From: a virus
Taxonomy: Duplodnaviria > Caudoviricetes
IMG/VR virus record: IMGVR_UViG_3300031963_000202
Location: 1-53,800 of that record
Strand: one strand, 5' to 3'
Length of the DNA: 53,800 nucleotides
The notes beneath the pieces were generated by a model, which worked only from the letters and a program-made list of their open reading frames with translations, had not been told where the DNA came from and did not search any database. Shown one piece after another: positions 26,145-35,302 of the stretch (its first letter is position 1; each line of letters starts with the position of its first letter). The translations under genes were made by a program, and so were the position numbers.

Positions 26145-27733
26145 CCTTTACAGGCACCCTTCTACCCTACCAACCAGAAGCCGTCGATAAGATGTGCGAG
26201 CGCGGTAGGGTTTTAGTTGCCTACGACTTGGGACTAGGCAAGACTGTCTTAACCATCGCCGCTATAGAAAGACTGATGGATACCAAGAAAGTAAAGGAGC
26301 CTGGTCTTATAATTTGTCTATCCTCATTGAAGTATCAGTGGGCTGGACAGATTGAGAAATTTACAGGTGGAACTTCAAAAGCTTTGGTTATTGATGGAAC
26401 GCCGAAGAAGCGTGCAGAACAATACGCCGAAGCAATGGACTGGCGGAATACAGGGATTGATTACATTATCCTTAACTATGAGCAAGTTGTTAACGACTGG
26501 GATTTCATCAAAGACTTACCACGAGGATTCGTTATCCTTGACGAAGCCACAGCCATCAAGTCCTTCAAATCCAAACGTTCCCGAGCAGTAAAGAAGTTAA
26601 TCAATGCGCCATATAGATTTGCACTCACTGGTACTCCGATTGAAAATGGTAAGCCTGAAGAGCTGTATAGCATTATGCAGTTCGTTGACGCCAGCGTACT
26701 TGGTCGGTTTGATATCTTTGATGCTGCTTTTATCGTAAGAAACTCTTGGGGAGCACCCCAGTACTACCGCAACCTATCTACCCTTCACACTAAGATGAAG
26801 GAGGCCTCTGTACGTAAAGCGCAGAAAGACCCAGACGTTGCCCCATACTTACCTGACACTATCCACAAAGACCCAGTAAAGATTGTCTTTGATAGAGCCT
26901 GCTCAAAACTATACACACGTATATCACAAGACTTGTTATCAGACCTTGACGAGGCTCAAGACTTATTTGGTTCTAACTTTAATATCATGGCTCACTATGG
27001 GATGGAGTCCCGTCGCGGTGGCCCTGAGGACGAGATGCGCGGTAAGATTATGTCTAAGATTGGAGCATTAAAGATGCTCTGTTCTCATCCCGAACTACTA
27101 CGTAGTAGTGCAGCTAAGTTTAAACAAATGAATGGAGAGGGTTCTGCTTATGTCACTGAACTGGTTGATGGGGGTCTTCTTGATAGTGTTAATAACTCGC
27201 CTAAGCTTGACTATCTTACTCAGTACGTTAAAGACTTCTTGGAGCAGAATCAAGAAAACAAAGTAGTTATCTTTGCTACCTACGTAGACATGCTTGACAA
27301 GATTGCTGCGGCTTTAGGACCAGAGCAGTGCCGACTATACTCAGGGAAGTTAGATGCTAAAACTAAAGAAGATAACAAGGTTGCTTTTAATAACGACCCT
27401 AGTGTTCGTGTTCTTATTTCTTCCGATGCTGGTGGTTACGGGGTAGACCTGCCTGCAGCCAACATGTTGGTTAACTATGACCTGCCGTGGTCATCGGGCA
27501 CAGCCACACAGCGTAACGGCCGTATTAAGAGAGCATCCTCAACCTGGCCCTCTATCGTAATTCAAGATATAGTTATCTCAGGGTCCGTTGAGGAACGTCA
27601 ATGGGAAGCCCTACAACAGAAGAGTTCTATTGCTAATGCCATCATGGATGGTGAAGGAGTAGATAATGATGAAACTAAGGTGTCAATGTCTGTAGGGAGC
27701 CTTAAGGCTTACCTTCAGTCATCTAACGTCTAA
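26141..27733 (+). CDS. SNF2-family helicase
   Basis: TTG 26141 after GGAGG; DLGLGKT, LDEAT, LTGTPIEN, GGYGVDL, QRNGRIKR. Confidence 0.93.
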   Translation: MTFTGTLLPYQPEAVDKMCERGRVLVAYDLGLGKTVLTIAAIERLMDTKKVKEPGLIICLSSLKYQWAGQIEKFTGGTSKALVIDGTPKKRAEQYAEAMDWRNTGIDYIILNYEQVVNDWDFIKDLPRGFVILDEATAIKSFKSKRSRAVKKLINAPYRFALTGTPIENGKPEELYSIMQFVDASVLGRFDIFDAAFIVRNSWGAPQYYRNLSTLHTKMKEASVRKAQKDPDVAPYLPDTIHKDPVKIVFDRACSKLYTRISQDLLSDLDEAQDLFGSNFNIMAHYGMESRRGGPEDEMRGKIMSKIGALKMLCSHPELLRSSAAKFKQMNGEGSAYVTELVDGGLLDSVNNSPKLDYLTQYVKDFLEQNQENKVVIFATYVDMLDKIAAALGPEQCRLYSGKLDAKTKEDNKVAFNNDPSVRVLISSDAGGYGVDLPAANMLVNYDLPWSSGTATQRNGRIKRASSTWPSIVIQDIVISGSVEERQWEALQQKSSIANAIMDGEGVDNDETKVSMSVGSLKAYLQSSNV

Positions 27734-27806
27734 TGCCCCATAGCTCAGTTGGCAGAGCATCGCACTGTTAATGCGAGTGTCCCTGGTTCGAGTCCAGGTG
27801 GGGCAG
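27734..27806 (+). tRNA. tRNA-Asn(GTT), no encoded CCA
   Basis: TGCCCCA/TGGGGCA acceptor, TCGCA-CT GTT AA-TGCGA anticodon arm, GGTTCGAGTCC T-arm. Confidence 0.95.
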
Positions 27807-27810
27807 CGAT

Positions 27811-27886
27811 GCGGTTGTAGCTCAGTTGGTAGAGCGGCACCTTGCCAAGGTGCAGGTCGCGAGTTCGAGCCTCGTCAACCGCTCCA
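27811..27886 (+). tRNA. tRNA-Gly(GCC) with CCA
   Basis: GCGGTTG/CAACCGC acceptor, GCACC-TT GCC AA-GGTGC, ends TCCA. Confidence 0.97.
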
Positions 27887-27887
27887 A

Positions 27888-27959
27888 TCTCCCTTCGTCT
27901 AATTGGCAAGACTGCGGATTCTGGTTCCGCCTATCGAGGTTCGAGTCCTTGGGGGAGAG
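27888..27959 (+). tRNA. tRNA-Gln(CTG), no encoded CCA
   Basis: TCTCCCT/GGGGAGA acceptor, GCGGA-TT CTG GT-TCCGC, GGTTCGAGTCC. Confidence 0.93.
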
Positions 27960-27966
27960 CTTTACA

Positions 27967-28004
27967 CCCAACGATTATCGTTGGGCATGTACACTTATAG
28001 GATG
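27967..28004 (+). promoter_or_regulatory. Palindromic operator plus leaderless promoter of the RHH gene
   Basis: CCCAACGAT-T-ATCGTTGGG (27967-27985); TACACT 27990-27995, 6 nt, ATG 28002. Confidence 0.6.
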
Positions 28005-28151
28005 CCTAACTCGCCTAAGACCCCTACGCGTACTATCCGCGTATCAGACCAGCTGTGGACAGCGGTCCAGAAGAAAGCTGCAGCTGATAAGGTTACAGTG
28101 ACCAGCATTATTATCGAAGCCCTTGAAGATTATATTAAAGTAGATAATTAA
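28002..28151 (+). CDS. Ribbon-helix-helix (Arc/CopG-like) regulator
   Basis: 49 aa: TPTRTIRVSDQLWTAVQKKA...TVTSIIIEALEDY. Confidence 0.85.
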   Translation: MPNSPKTPTRTIRVSDQLWTAVQKKAAADKVTVTSIIIEALEDYIKVDN

Positions 28152-28295
28152 ATGGGGAAGCATCACGACAAGATTGCTAAAGCTCTAGCTCAGCGCCAGG
28201 CAGCAGCTCCTAACGGAGCTGGCTACAAGAAGCCAGGCTCTATGAACAAGAAGAAGACTGGCTACCGCGGCGTAAAAGCCAATAACGCAAAGTAA
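28152..28295 (+). CDS. 47-aa basic microprotein
   Basis: ATG right after the RHH stop; MGKHHDKIAKALAQRQAAAPNGAGYKKPGSMNKKKTGYRGVKANNAK. Not in the track. Confidence 0.65.
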   Translation: MGKHHDKIAKALAQRQAAAPNGAGYKKPGSMNKKKTGYRGVKANNAK

Positions 28296-28296
28296 C

Positions 28297-28325
28297 TTGA
28301 CAGCCATCTAGTCATCCATTAAGTT
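28297..28325 (+). promoter_or_regulatory. SigA/sigma70-type promoter
   Basis: TTGACA 28297-28302, 17 nt, TAAGTT 28320-28325. Confidence 0.75.
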
Positions 28326-28354
28326 TTACCTAACAGCTAAACGTTAGGAAACTT

Positions 28355-28762
28355 ATGAACACAGATGCCATCAAAGAAGATATACGCCAGTTCAAGGCGT
28401 TAAAAGATAATGTAGAACTGCTGACAAAACGTCAGACAGAAATTAAAAAAAGACTCACAGAGTGTATCGATGAGTTTGGTACTGAAGACGAGCGCGGACA
28501 CATTGTTCTTGCAGTAGAAGATGCAGAACAGATTATGAAACAGAAGCGCGTAATTAAAAACCTAGATATCAATGCAGCAGAGATTATCCTTAATAAAAAG
28601 GGTATTAAAGACACATGCATTAAGATGGTTCCAACATTAGATGAGTCAGCAATTATGGCTGCATTTTATAACGGACACCTTACTGAAGAAGATATCGATA
28701 CAATGTTCCCACAAAAAGTTTCTTACGCATTTATTGTAGGTAAGAGCAGTGGACGAGATTGA
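28355..28762 (+). CDS. Conserved phage protein, coiled-coil N-terminus
   Basis: 135-aa ORF downstream of the promoter. Confidence 0.6.
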   Translation: MNTDAIKEDIRQFKALKDNVELLTKRQTEIKKRLTECIDEFGTEDERGHIVLAVEDAEQIMKQKRVIKNLDINAAEIILNKKGIKDTCIKMVPTLDESAIMAAFYNGHLTEEDIDTMFPQKVSYAFIVGKSSGRD

Positions 28763-29213
28763 TAACCTATTCTCTGACTTAGACACTTACTATCCAGGTA
28801 GTAAGAGAAAACGTAGAGAGACAAAACCAAAAAATAAACGCACAGTAAAAGATGGTTCCGATTGGACATCCACTGTTGTGTTTAGAAAACTCCCGTCGGG
28901 AGAACTACACGAGTTTTATCAGGTAGGTGCTTTGGCACAGGCATTGGGTAGACCTCTTGTAACAATCCGTTACTGGATTAAACAAGAGTACATACCTCAG
29001 GCTCCATATCGCCTGTCTGATAAAGAAACAAAAAATGGCGAAAAGATGAGAGGGCGTAGGTTATACTCACGTGCTCAAATCGAGGCGATAGTTGAACTGT
29101 TTGGAAAGGCTGGACTCCTAGATAAAACTAGGATACAATGGCCTAACCAGCAATTGACTAACGCAATAGCTGAGGCTTGGGAGAACATAAAGTCTGCCGA
29201 GCTTAACCGATGA
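28749..29213 (+). CDS. MerR-like HTH DNA-binding protein
   Basis: YQVGALAQALGRPLVTIRYW...IP...GRRLYS. Confidence 0.8.
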   Translation: MDEIDNLFSDLDTYYPGSKRKRRETKPKNKRTVKDGSDWTSTVVFRKLPSGELHEFYQVGALAQALGRPLVTIRYWIKQEYIPQAPYRLSDKETKNGEKMRGRRLYSRAQIEAIVELFGKAGLLDKTRIQWPNQQLTNAIAEAWENIKSAELNR

Positions 29214-29241
29214 ATCAAACGAAACTAAGGAGAAATGCCAT

Positions 29242-29904
29242 ATGGCAATCGACCGTACCGACGAGTACATGCCAGTAACAGACGCGTTTTCAACAACAGC
29301 TGTTGATGACCGTCCAGCAACACCAAGCAGCAATGCAGTTCAATCAGGTTGGGCAGCAGCAGAACAGCTGACAACCGCATCAGGTGACTTCCCAACTGAG
29401 TTTAAGTTCAGTGATGGCGAGTTCACCGTTATCAAGTTCATTGACCAAACTGGTCCCTTTGCTATCTACAAGCAACACTTCCTACAACAGAAGACTGTTG
29501 GCAAGAAGTCGTACGTCTCACTTGGACCCAACGACCCACTGTGCACAAAGCTCGGAAGCAAGCCTGAAGATAAGCGTGCTTTCACCATCGCAGTTATCAC
29601 CCCGTCAGGCGTAGTACGTCAGATGTTGGTTGCAAGTCCACGTCTATATAAGACCCTACACTCAGCAGAGTTTTCCCCACAGGGACCTTTGACTAAGAAC
29701 TACTGGGCTATTAGCCGTACTGGAAAGATGCAACAGACTGTCTACCATCTACAGGCAATCAAGTCTCGCGACCTTGCAGAAGATTGGGGCATTGACCCAG
29801 CTTTTGCTGAGGCAGAAGTGGCAAAGATTGAGCCTTACACACGCTCCATTATTAAGGAGCACTCATGGGAAGAGCTAGAAGAAATCGCTAATTCCCTTCT
29901 TTAA
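29242..29904 (+). CDS. Putative single-stranded DNA-binding protein (gp32-like)
   Basis: KFID..PFA.YKQH, DPLC, ISRTG...TVY pattern; just upstream of the polymerase. Confidence 0.6.
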   Translation: MAIDRTDEYMPVTDAFSTTAVDDRPATPSSNAVQSGWAAAEQLTTASGDFPTEFKFSDGEFTVIKFIDQTGPFAIYKQHFLQQKTVGKKSYVSLGPNDPLCTKLGSKPEDKRAFTIAVITPSGVVRQMLVASPRLYKTLHSAEFSPQGPLTKNYWAISRTGKMQQTVYHLQAIKSRDLAEDWGIDPAFAEAEVAKIEPYTRSIIKEHSWEELEEIANSLL

Positions 29905-29910
29905 TCAATA

Positions 29911-29962
29911 GTGTTAGGCTGGGGGCAACACGTGCTAAGACCCCCAGCCTTCACTTATTTTT
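29911..29962 (+). terminator. Hairpin / terminator between SSB and polA
   Basis: AGGCTGGGGG (29916-25) / CCCCCAGCCT (29941-50) then TCACTTATTTTT. Confidence 0.65.
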
Positions 29963-29970
29963 AGGATGCG

Positions 29971-31938
29971 ATGAATATAATAACTACTAAAGAGCAACTC
30001 GATGAGATGGTTGCCTATTATCTAAAACAAGATGCCTTTGCTTTTGACTGCGAAACTGTCGGACCCCGTAGAGGTGTGTCCGTTGTTAATGAGATTATGT
30101 GGCTTAGCTTTGCTACATATGGTCGCGGTGATGTTATTCCTTTAGGTCACCCAAACGGTGAACTGTCTGAGGTTATTAAACCTCTTACTGGACAGGGAGC
30201 TAAGAAGGCTGAAAAAGGCTTAAAACTTAACGACGTAGACTACTCAAAGAATAAGAAGTTACACACTCACGTCTTTACAGAACCTCCTAAACAACTACAT
30301 CCAGCAGAGGTGTTCTCTGCACTACGTCCTTTATTTTTTAGTGACATGCTAAAGGTTGGTCATAACCTAGTGTTTGACCTTTGTTCTATAACTAAATATT
30401 TTGATGGTCAGGTTCCTAGCGCACCATACTTTGACACGATGGTTGGTTCTTTTATTTACGATAACCGTAATAAAAACCGTTGCGGTCTAGACGACTGCTT
30501 AAAGCGAGAGCTTGGGTATGAGATGGAGAAGGGTGTAGGCGCTGAGGTAGAGGTTCATCCCTTCAGCGTTGTTGCCAAGTACGCCTACCTAGATGCTAAG
30601 TACACCTTTATGTTATGGAAGGTTGTTAAAGAGAAGATTGCAAAGGCTGGCGTAGAAAACATCATGGCATTAGAGATGGATGTTCTACGAGTGCTATGTG
30701 ATATGAAACTTGCTGGGGCACCTATTGACCAGGATGCTTTGGCTTCACTGCACGTGCAGTTAGAGGCAGACATTGAGAAAGCAAGAGAAGATATCTATAG
30801 AACTGCTGGTGTTGTGTTTAATATTAACTCCAACAGAGAGAAGCAGTACCTCTTGTATTCCCCACAGCCTTCAGGTCGTGGGTTAAAACCAAAGATTTAT
30901 ACAGGTAAAGGCATGAAGAAAGAAGCAGAGGGTAAAGAGTTAACCGTAGAGGATTACTCTGTATCAGCCGAAGCACTTGAACCGTATAGAGATAAGGACC
31001 CACTTGTTAAGGCGATGCTTGAGTACGCAGACCTTAATAAGTTGTTAACTACATACGTAATCCCATACCTAGGAGGCGAAGTTGTTAGAACTACAGGCGG
31101 TAAATCAAAGGTCGAGTATAGAGATAGTCTCCTCGTCAACGGTAAAGTACACGGTGACTTCATCCAGCACGGAGCGGAGACAGGAAGATTCTCGAGTCGT
31201 AACCCTAACCTACAGAACGTCCCCAACCCAGCCACCGCGCATGGTAAAGCTATCCGAAACCTCTTCTACGCTCCAGAAGGTTACAAGCTGGTAGTCGCTG
31301 ACTACTCACAGATTGAACCTAGAGTGATTGCGTCCATGTCTAATGACCCTATTATGAAGAAGAACTACCTAGAAGGTGGGGATATCTATACAACTGTAGG
31401 TGACGTGATGGGAGTAAACCGCGCAGCAGGTAAGGTGCTTGTTCTTTCTATGGCGTACGGCGTAGGTCCAGACAAGATTGCTCGTTCTATCGGGTGCTCT
31501 ATCACCGAGGCTAGAGGTTTGTTAAGTAACTTCGGTGAGAAGTTTCAGAACGTCAGTGCTTATCGAGCCAAGGTTATTGGAGTTACTAGGAAGGCTGGAT
31601 TTGTATCCACCGTCCTAGGTCGTAAGCGTTACCTACCAGAGATAAATAGCAGAAACATAGGTGAGCGTGCTGGTGCTGAGCGTCAGGCGTTCAATACCCG
31701 TATCCAAGGGTCTGCTGCAGACATCATGAAGCTTGCTATGATTAGAGCGCATGACTTAATACCAGAAGGCGCCAGCCTCCTTCTCACTGTTCATGATGAG
31801 TTGGTGACTATAGCTCCTGATAACTTAGTTGAAGAGACTAGAGAGGCAATTAGAGAAGCTATGGAAGGCATCAATTTATTGGATATCCCGCTTATCGCGG
31901 ACATTGCAGTTGTGCAAAGATGGGGAGAGGCTAAATGA
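29971..31938 (+). CDS. polA: Family A DNA polymerase with 3'-5' exonuclease
   Basis: FDCET, GHNLVFD, TGRFSS.NPNLQN, ADYSQIEPR, K...YG, QGSAAD, TVHDEL. Confidence 0.97.
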   Translation: MNIITTKEQLDEMVAYYLKQDAFAFDCETVGPRRGVSVVNEIMWLSFATYGRGDVIPLGHPNGELSEVIKPLTGQGAKKAEKGLKLNDVDYSKNKKLHTHVFTEPPKQLHPAEVFSALRPLFFSDMLKVGHNLVFDLCSITKYFDGQVPSAPYFDTMVGSFIYDNRNKNRCGLDDCLKRELGYEMEKGVGAEVEVHPFSVVAKYAYLDAKYTFMLWKVVKEKIAKAGVENIMALEMDVLRVLCDMKLAGAPIDQDALASLHVQLEADIEKAREDIYRTAGVVFNINSNREKQYLLYSPQPSGRGLKPKIYTGKGMKKEAEGKELTVEDYSVSAEALEPYRDKDPLVKAMLEYADLNKLLTTYVIPYLGGEVVRTTGGKSKVEYRDSLLVNGKVHGDFIQHGAETGRFSSRNPNLQNVPNPATAHGKAIRNLFYAPEGYKLVVADYSQIEPRVIASMSNDPIMKKNYLEGGDIYTTVGDVMGVNRAAGKVLVLSMAYGVGPDKIARSIGCSITEARGLLSNFGEKFQNVSAYRAKVIGVTRKAGFVSTVLGRKRYLPEINSRNIGERAGAERQAFNTRIQGSAADIMKLAMIRAHDLIPEGASLLLTVHDELVTIAPDNLVEETREAIREAMEGINLLDIPLIADIAVVQRWGEAK

Positions 31939-32417
31939 GTTTTCTTGGTAGATGGTTTAATAAACGTGACGAACAGTTTGATGTTGAGTACTTTAAGAAA
32001 GATATACCCCTGAGTACTATCGCTAGGTGGTATGTCTACGACACCGAACTAGGTGAGCCTAATGAGGTTGTGGAGTTCATCGGCCTTAATAAGGCTAGCG
32101 CTGAGGGCGATGAGAAAGAGCGTGAGGATAGCGACCTTCGTTTAGACAACATTGAGTACCTGCTGCCTTACCTACACGCGATTGCTGATGTTGCAGCAGA
32201 CGTTATTACTGGGGTGCAAGTTGATGAGATTGTAAAAAAGAACCCCAACGATAAAGAAGAAATTGAACGTGAACTAGATACTATGCGGGTGCTGTATAAG
32301 GTTGTCAGTTTATCCGCTATTATTGGGGCCTTCGCTTCTGCTATGGAGATTGGCTTAATTGAGCCAGGCGAAATACAGGAAGCGGAATGGGAGAAAAGGA
32401 TATTAGATGAGCAGTAA
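31935..32417 (+). CDS. Hypothetical protein
   Basis: ATGA overlap with polA; 160 aa. Confidence 0.6.
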   Translation: MSFLGRWFNKRDEQFDVEYFKKDIPLSTIARWYVYDTELGEPNEVVEFIGLNKASAEGDEKEREDSDLRLDNIEYLLPYLHAIADVAADVITGVQVDEIVKKNPNDKEEIERELDTMRVLYKVVSLSAIIGAFASAMEIGLIEPGEIQEAEWEKRILDEQ

Positions 32418-32769
32418 TTGGTGGGCAAACAAGTTAGGTACTCCAGCACCTCAACAGCCACAACGACAAGGTGTTGTACAACCGCAACCAGCAACGTACG
32501 TTCAGTCGCCACAGCCACAGTATCCACCGACGCAACAAGCGACGCCTCAAGCAGAGCGTTGTCCTGGTTGCGGTAGTAATAACTACGGTGGGGCTACTCC
32601 AGAATCTAGAAAACGATGTTACGATTGCGGATACCCAATCGTCCAATCAGGTAGTGGTATGGGTAGAGGCATTGTCTCAGGACAGCAAAGTGCAGGTGCC
32701 CCACAACCAGCTAAACAAGTAAATGCAGGCGGATGGAATCCAACAACAATTATCGGAAAGATTGAATAA
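32407..32769 (+). CDS. Pro/Gln-rich zinc-ribbon protein
   Basis: CPGCGS...RCYDCGYP. Confidence 0.65.
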   Translation: MSSNWWANKLGTPAPQQPQRQGVVQPQPATYVQSPQPQYPPTQQATPQAERCPGCGSNNYGGATPESRKRCYDCGYPIVQSGSGMGRGIVSGQQSAGAPQPAKQVNAGGWNPTTIIGKIE

Positions 32770-33818
32770 TGAAAAATGCAGAACTAATTAAAACTATTGC
32801 AAACATTAATAAAAAGTATGGAGATGGAACTGTTGTATTAGGTTCAGACATTATTGAACAGCCGCCTCGTTTTACCTCAGGCTCTTTAGCTTTAGACGTA
32901 TCTCTTGGCGGTGGGTGGCCCGCTAACCAGTGGCACGAGTTAATTGGCGAAGCCAGTAATGGCAAGACCGCTATTGCATTAAAGACTGTAGCAGCAAACC
33001 AAAAAGCAAACCCAGACTTTACTACTGTATGGGTAGCAGCTGAGCAGTGGGTAGATAGTTACGCAACTATGTGTGGCGTAGATACTTCACGAGTCTACGT
33101 AGTATCAACTAATATTATGGAGGAAGCTTATGAAGCCGTTATCCAACTTACAGAAAGTAGAGCGGTCGATTGTATTGTTCTTGATTCGCTACCTGCCTTG
33201 GTCCCTACAGCAGAAGACGATAAAGAGATGGAGGAATCTACTGTAGGTCGCGGAGCCCTCCTTACTAACAAGTTCTTCCGTAAGGTAGGCAAAGCCTCTA
33301 AGCGCTCCCTAGTAGAGGAAGAGCGCCCATTTATTGGCATCATTATTAACCAGTGGCGTTCAAAGATTGGCGTCATGTACGGCGACCCTCGCACCACCCC
33401 AGGCGGTCTAGGCAAGGACTACGCCTTCTTTACCCGCTGTGAGGTGCGTAGAGATGAGTGGATTGAGGCTGGTACAGGGCAAGAAAAGCGTCGTATTGGC
33501 CAGTCAATTAAGGTCCGCGTATTAAAAAACAAGTCTGCAGCCCCTTCACAGGTATCTGTTTTTGACTTCTATTTTGCTGACGGTGGCCACATCCCAGCAG
33601 GTGAGATTGATTTTGCCAAAGAGATTATGGCTATGGGTATCCTTAATAAGGTCATCAAGCGCACTGGCGCCTACTACAACTATGGGGATAGAAAATGGAT
33701 GGGACAAGATGCTATGCTTAGCGCTATACGGGAAGAGATTGACCTTAAGGAACTGCTTGAGCGCGACGTACTAGATGCCCTACGGGCAGGTTCTAAGTTC
33801 GTAGCCGATGAGGAGTAA
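32769..33818 (+). CDS. recA: RecA/UvsX recombinase
   Basis: SGSLALD..LGGG, GEASNGKT, VLDSL, INQWR, TPGG, KNK. Confidence 0.95.
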   Translation: MKNAELIKTIANINKKYGDGTVVLGSDIIEQPPRFTSGSLALDVSLGGGWPANQWHELIGEASNGKTAIALKTVAANQKANPDFTTVWVAAEQWVDSYATMCGVDTSRVYVVSTNIMEEAYEAVIQLTESRAVDCIVLDSLPALVPTAEDDKEMEESTVGRGALLTNKFFRKVGKASKRSLVEEERPFIGIIINQWRSKIGVMYGDPRTTPGGLGKDYAFFTRCEVRRDEWIEAGTGQEKRRIGQSIKVRVLKNKSAAPSQVSVFDFYFADGGHIPAGEIDFAKEIMAMGILNKVIKRTGAYYNYGDRKWMGQDAMLSAIREEIDLKELLERDVLDALRAGSKFVADEE

Positions 33819-34149
33819 GGGCCAAAAGGAATCTAAGAAGCACGAGGAGCGATTGGCAAAGCTTGTTGGTGGTCAGCGTAGTGCTGCCAGTGGCGCGTTT
33901 TGGAGTCGCAAGGGTGATGTTAGGTCTAAGGACTTGTTAATAGAACACAAGTGGACTGGCAAAACTCAGGTAACTGTCAAGGCAGCAGTACTAGAAAAGA
34001 TTGTTAACGAAGCCATCGTTGACAGTCGGACTCCCGTCCTCGGTTTCAGTTTAAACAATAATAATTACGTATTGCTTACTGAAGATGACTTTCTGGAAAT
34101 GCGCCAGAATATTCAGGAGCATAATTGTTCAACGACGCAGGGCACGTAG
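33808..34149 (+). CDS. PD-(D/E)xK Holliday junction resolvase-like nuclease
   Basis: HE.RLA, SGA, KGDV...IEHK. Confidence 0.75.
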   Translation: MRSKGQKESKKHEERLAKLVGGQRSAASGAFWSRKGDVRSKDLLIEHKWTGKTQVTVKAAVLEKIVNEAIVDSRTPVLGFSLNNNNYVLLTEDDFLEMRQNIQEHNCSTTQGT

Positions 34150-34442
34150 AGGGCTGGCGACACAACGCTAAGTGTCGTGGTTTGGATACGGAACTTTGGT
34201 TCCCCCCACGTGACAAAACTAAATATAGAAAAATAGCAGAAGTATCTAAAGGCGTATGCTTTGGTAAAGATGGTTTACCAGAGTGCCCTGTACGCAGGGA
34301 GTGCCTACTTTACTCTGACCAGATGGATGAACAGCACGGTATCTGGGGTGGCCTTAGCCACCGCGAACGTAACGCACTAAAACGTAAACTAAAAAAAGAT
34401 GGAACAACTTTAAAGGAACACCTATTTGATGATAAGGTCTAG
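34125..34442 (+). CDS. whiB: WhiB-family transcription factor
   Basis: W...AKC....ELWFP; C...CPVRRECL; GIWGGLS..ER. Confidence 0.93.
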   Translation: MFNDAGHVEGWRHNAKCRGLDTELWFPPRDKTKYRKIAEVSKGVCFGKDGLPECPVRRECLLYSDQMDEQHGIWGGLSHRERNALKRKLKKDGTTLKEHLFDDKV

Positions 34443-34444
34443 GG

Positions 34445-35302
34445 ATGAAAGCATCGAAACCACAAGAAGTAACAGGGGCACTAAAGGCGTTTGTCAACGT
34501 GTCTAGAAAAAAAACACGCGTACTAGGTTCCTTGGAAAGACATTTAATATCAAGGCCTAAAGACCAAAGCCGTCGTACCGACGTGCTTCATCCCTCTGAC
34601 ATGGTTAAAAAAGAGTGGTGCCACAGAGCTTCTTACTACCATTTAATGGGTAAGGCACCAGTATCTAATCGCACTATGACTTTGCGTACAGCATCTATCT
34701 TTGCCGAAGGTCATGCTATCCACGCTAAGTGGCAGAAGTGGTTCCAGGAAATGGGAACGCTGTACGGTAAGTGGTACTGCATTGAGTGTGGAGAGATGTT
34801 CTGGGGCGGTTCAGATTGCCACGAGGGCCCATTAGATTATCGAGAAGTCCCACTGTTTTATGAGCCGTTGAGAATCTATGGTCACTCAGATGGCCTACTC
34901 GTAAACTTGGGCGAGCCATTGATGCTAGAGATTAAGTCTATTGGTGCTGGAACTATCCGTTGGGAAGACCCGTCGTTGTTCATGGAACACAACGGGGACC
35001 TAGACAAGATGTTTGCAGCAATTAAGGCTCCGTTTGAGTCTCACATTAATCAGGTGCAGATATACATGAAGCTTGCAGAATTACTTAACCTAGAGTATGT
35101 TCCGCAAGAGGCCGTAATCATCTACGAGAATAAGGCATCACAAGAACCTAAAGAGTTCGTGATACCAAAGAGTGATTTCTCGATTGCACCGTTGTTTGAG
35201 GCAGCTGCTAAGATTGTAGAAGCAGTGAAGAACCAAACACCACCAGCGTGCAATATTGATGGTTGGGGTAATTGCGAGCGATGCGGAGGATACAATGACT
35301 GA
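34445..35302 (+). CDS. Cas4-like / PD-(D/E)xK exonuclease
   Basis: HPS..WC, G.AIH, GHSDG, EIKS, QVQIYM, C-terminal Cys cluster. Confidence 0.85.
   Translation: MKASKPQEVTGALKAFVNVSRKKTRVLGSLERHLISRPKDQSRRTDVLHPSDMVKKEWCHRASYYHLMGKAPVSNRTMTLRTASIFAEGHAIHAKWQKWFQEMGTLYGKWYCIECGEMFWGGSDCHEGPLDYREVPLFYEPLRIYGHSDGLLVNLGEPLMLEIKSIGAGTIRWEDPSLFMEHNGDLDKMFAAIKAPFESHINQVQIYMKLAELLNLEYVPQEAVIIYENKASQEPKEFVIPKSDFSIAPLFEAAAKIVEAVKNQTPPACNIDGWGNCERCGGYND

Noticed and set aside
27734-27959. tRNAs as a prophage attachment junction
   Set aside because: Phage genes continue on both sides, with no integrase or duplicated tRNA 3' end in the window.
27826-28101. Track ORFs overlapping the tRNA cluster
   Set aside because: They are translations of tRNA sequence; only 28002-28151 is a credible CDS.
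34445-35302. CRISPR-Cas system suggested by the Cas4-like gene
   Set aside because: No repeat-spacer array or other cas genes; solo Cas4-like nucleases are common in phage recombination blocks.
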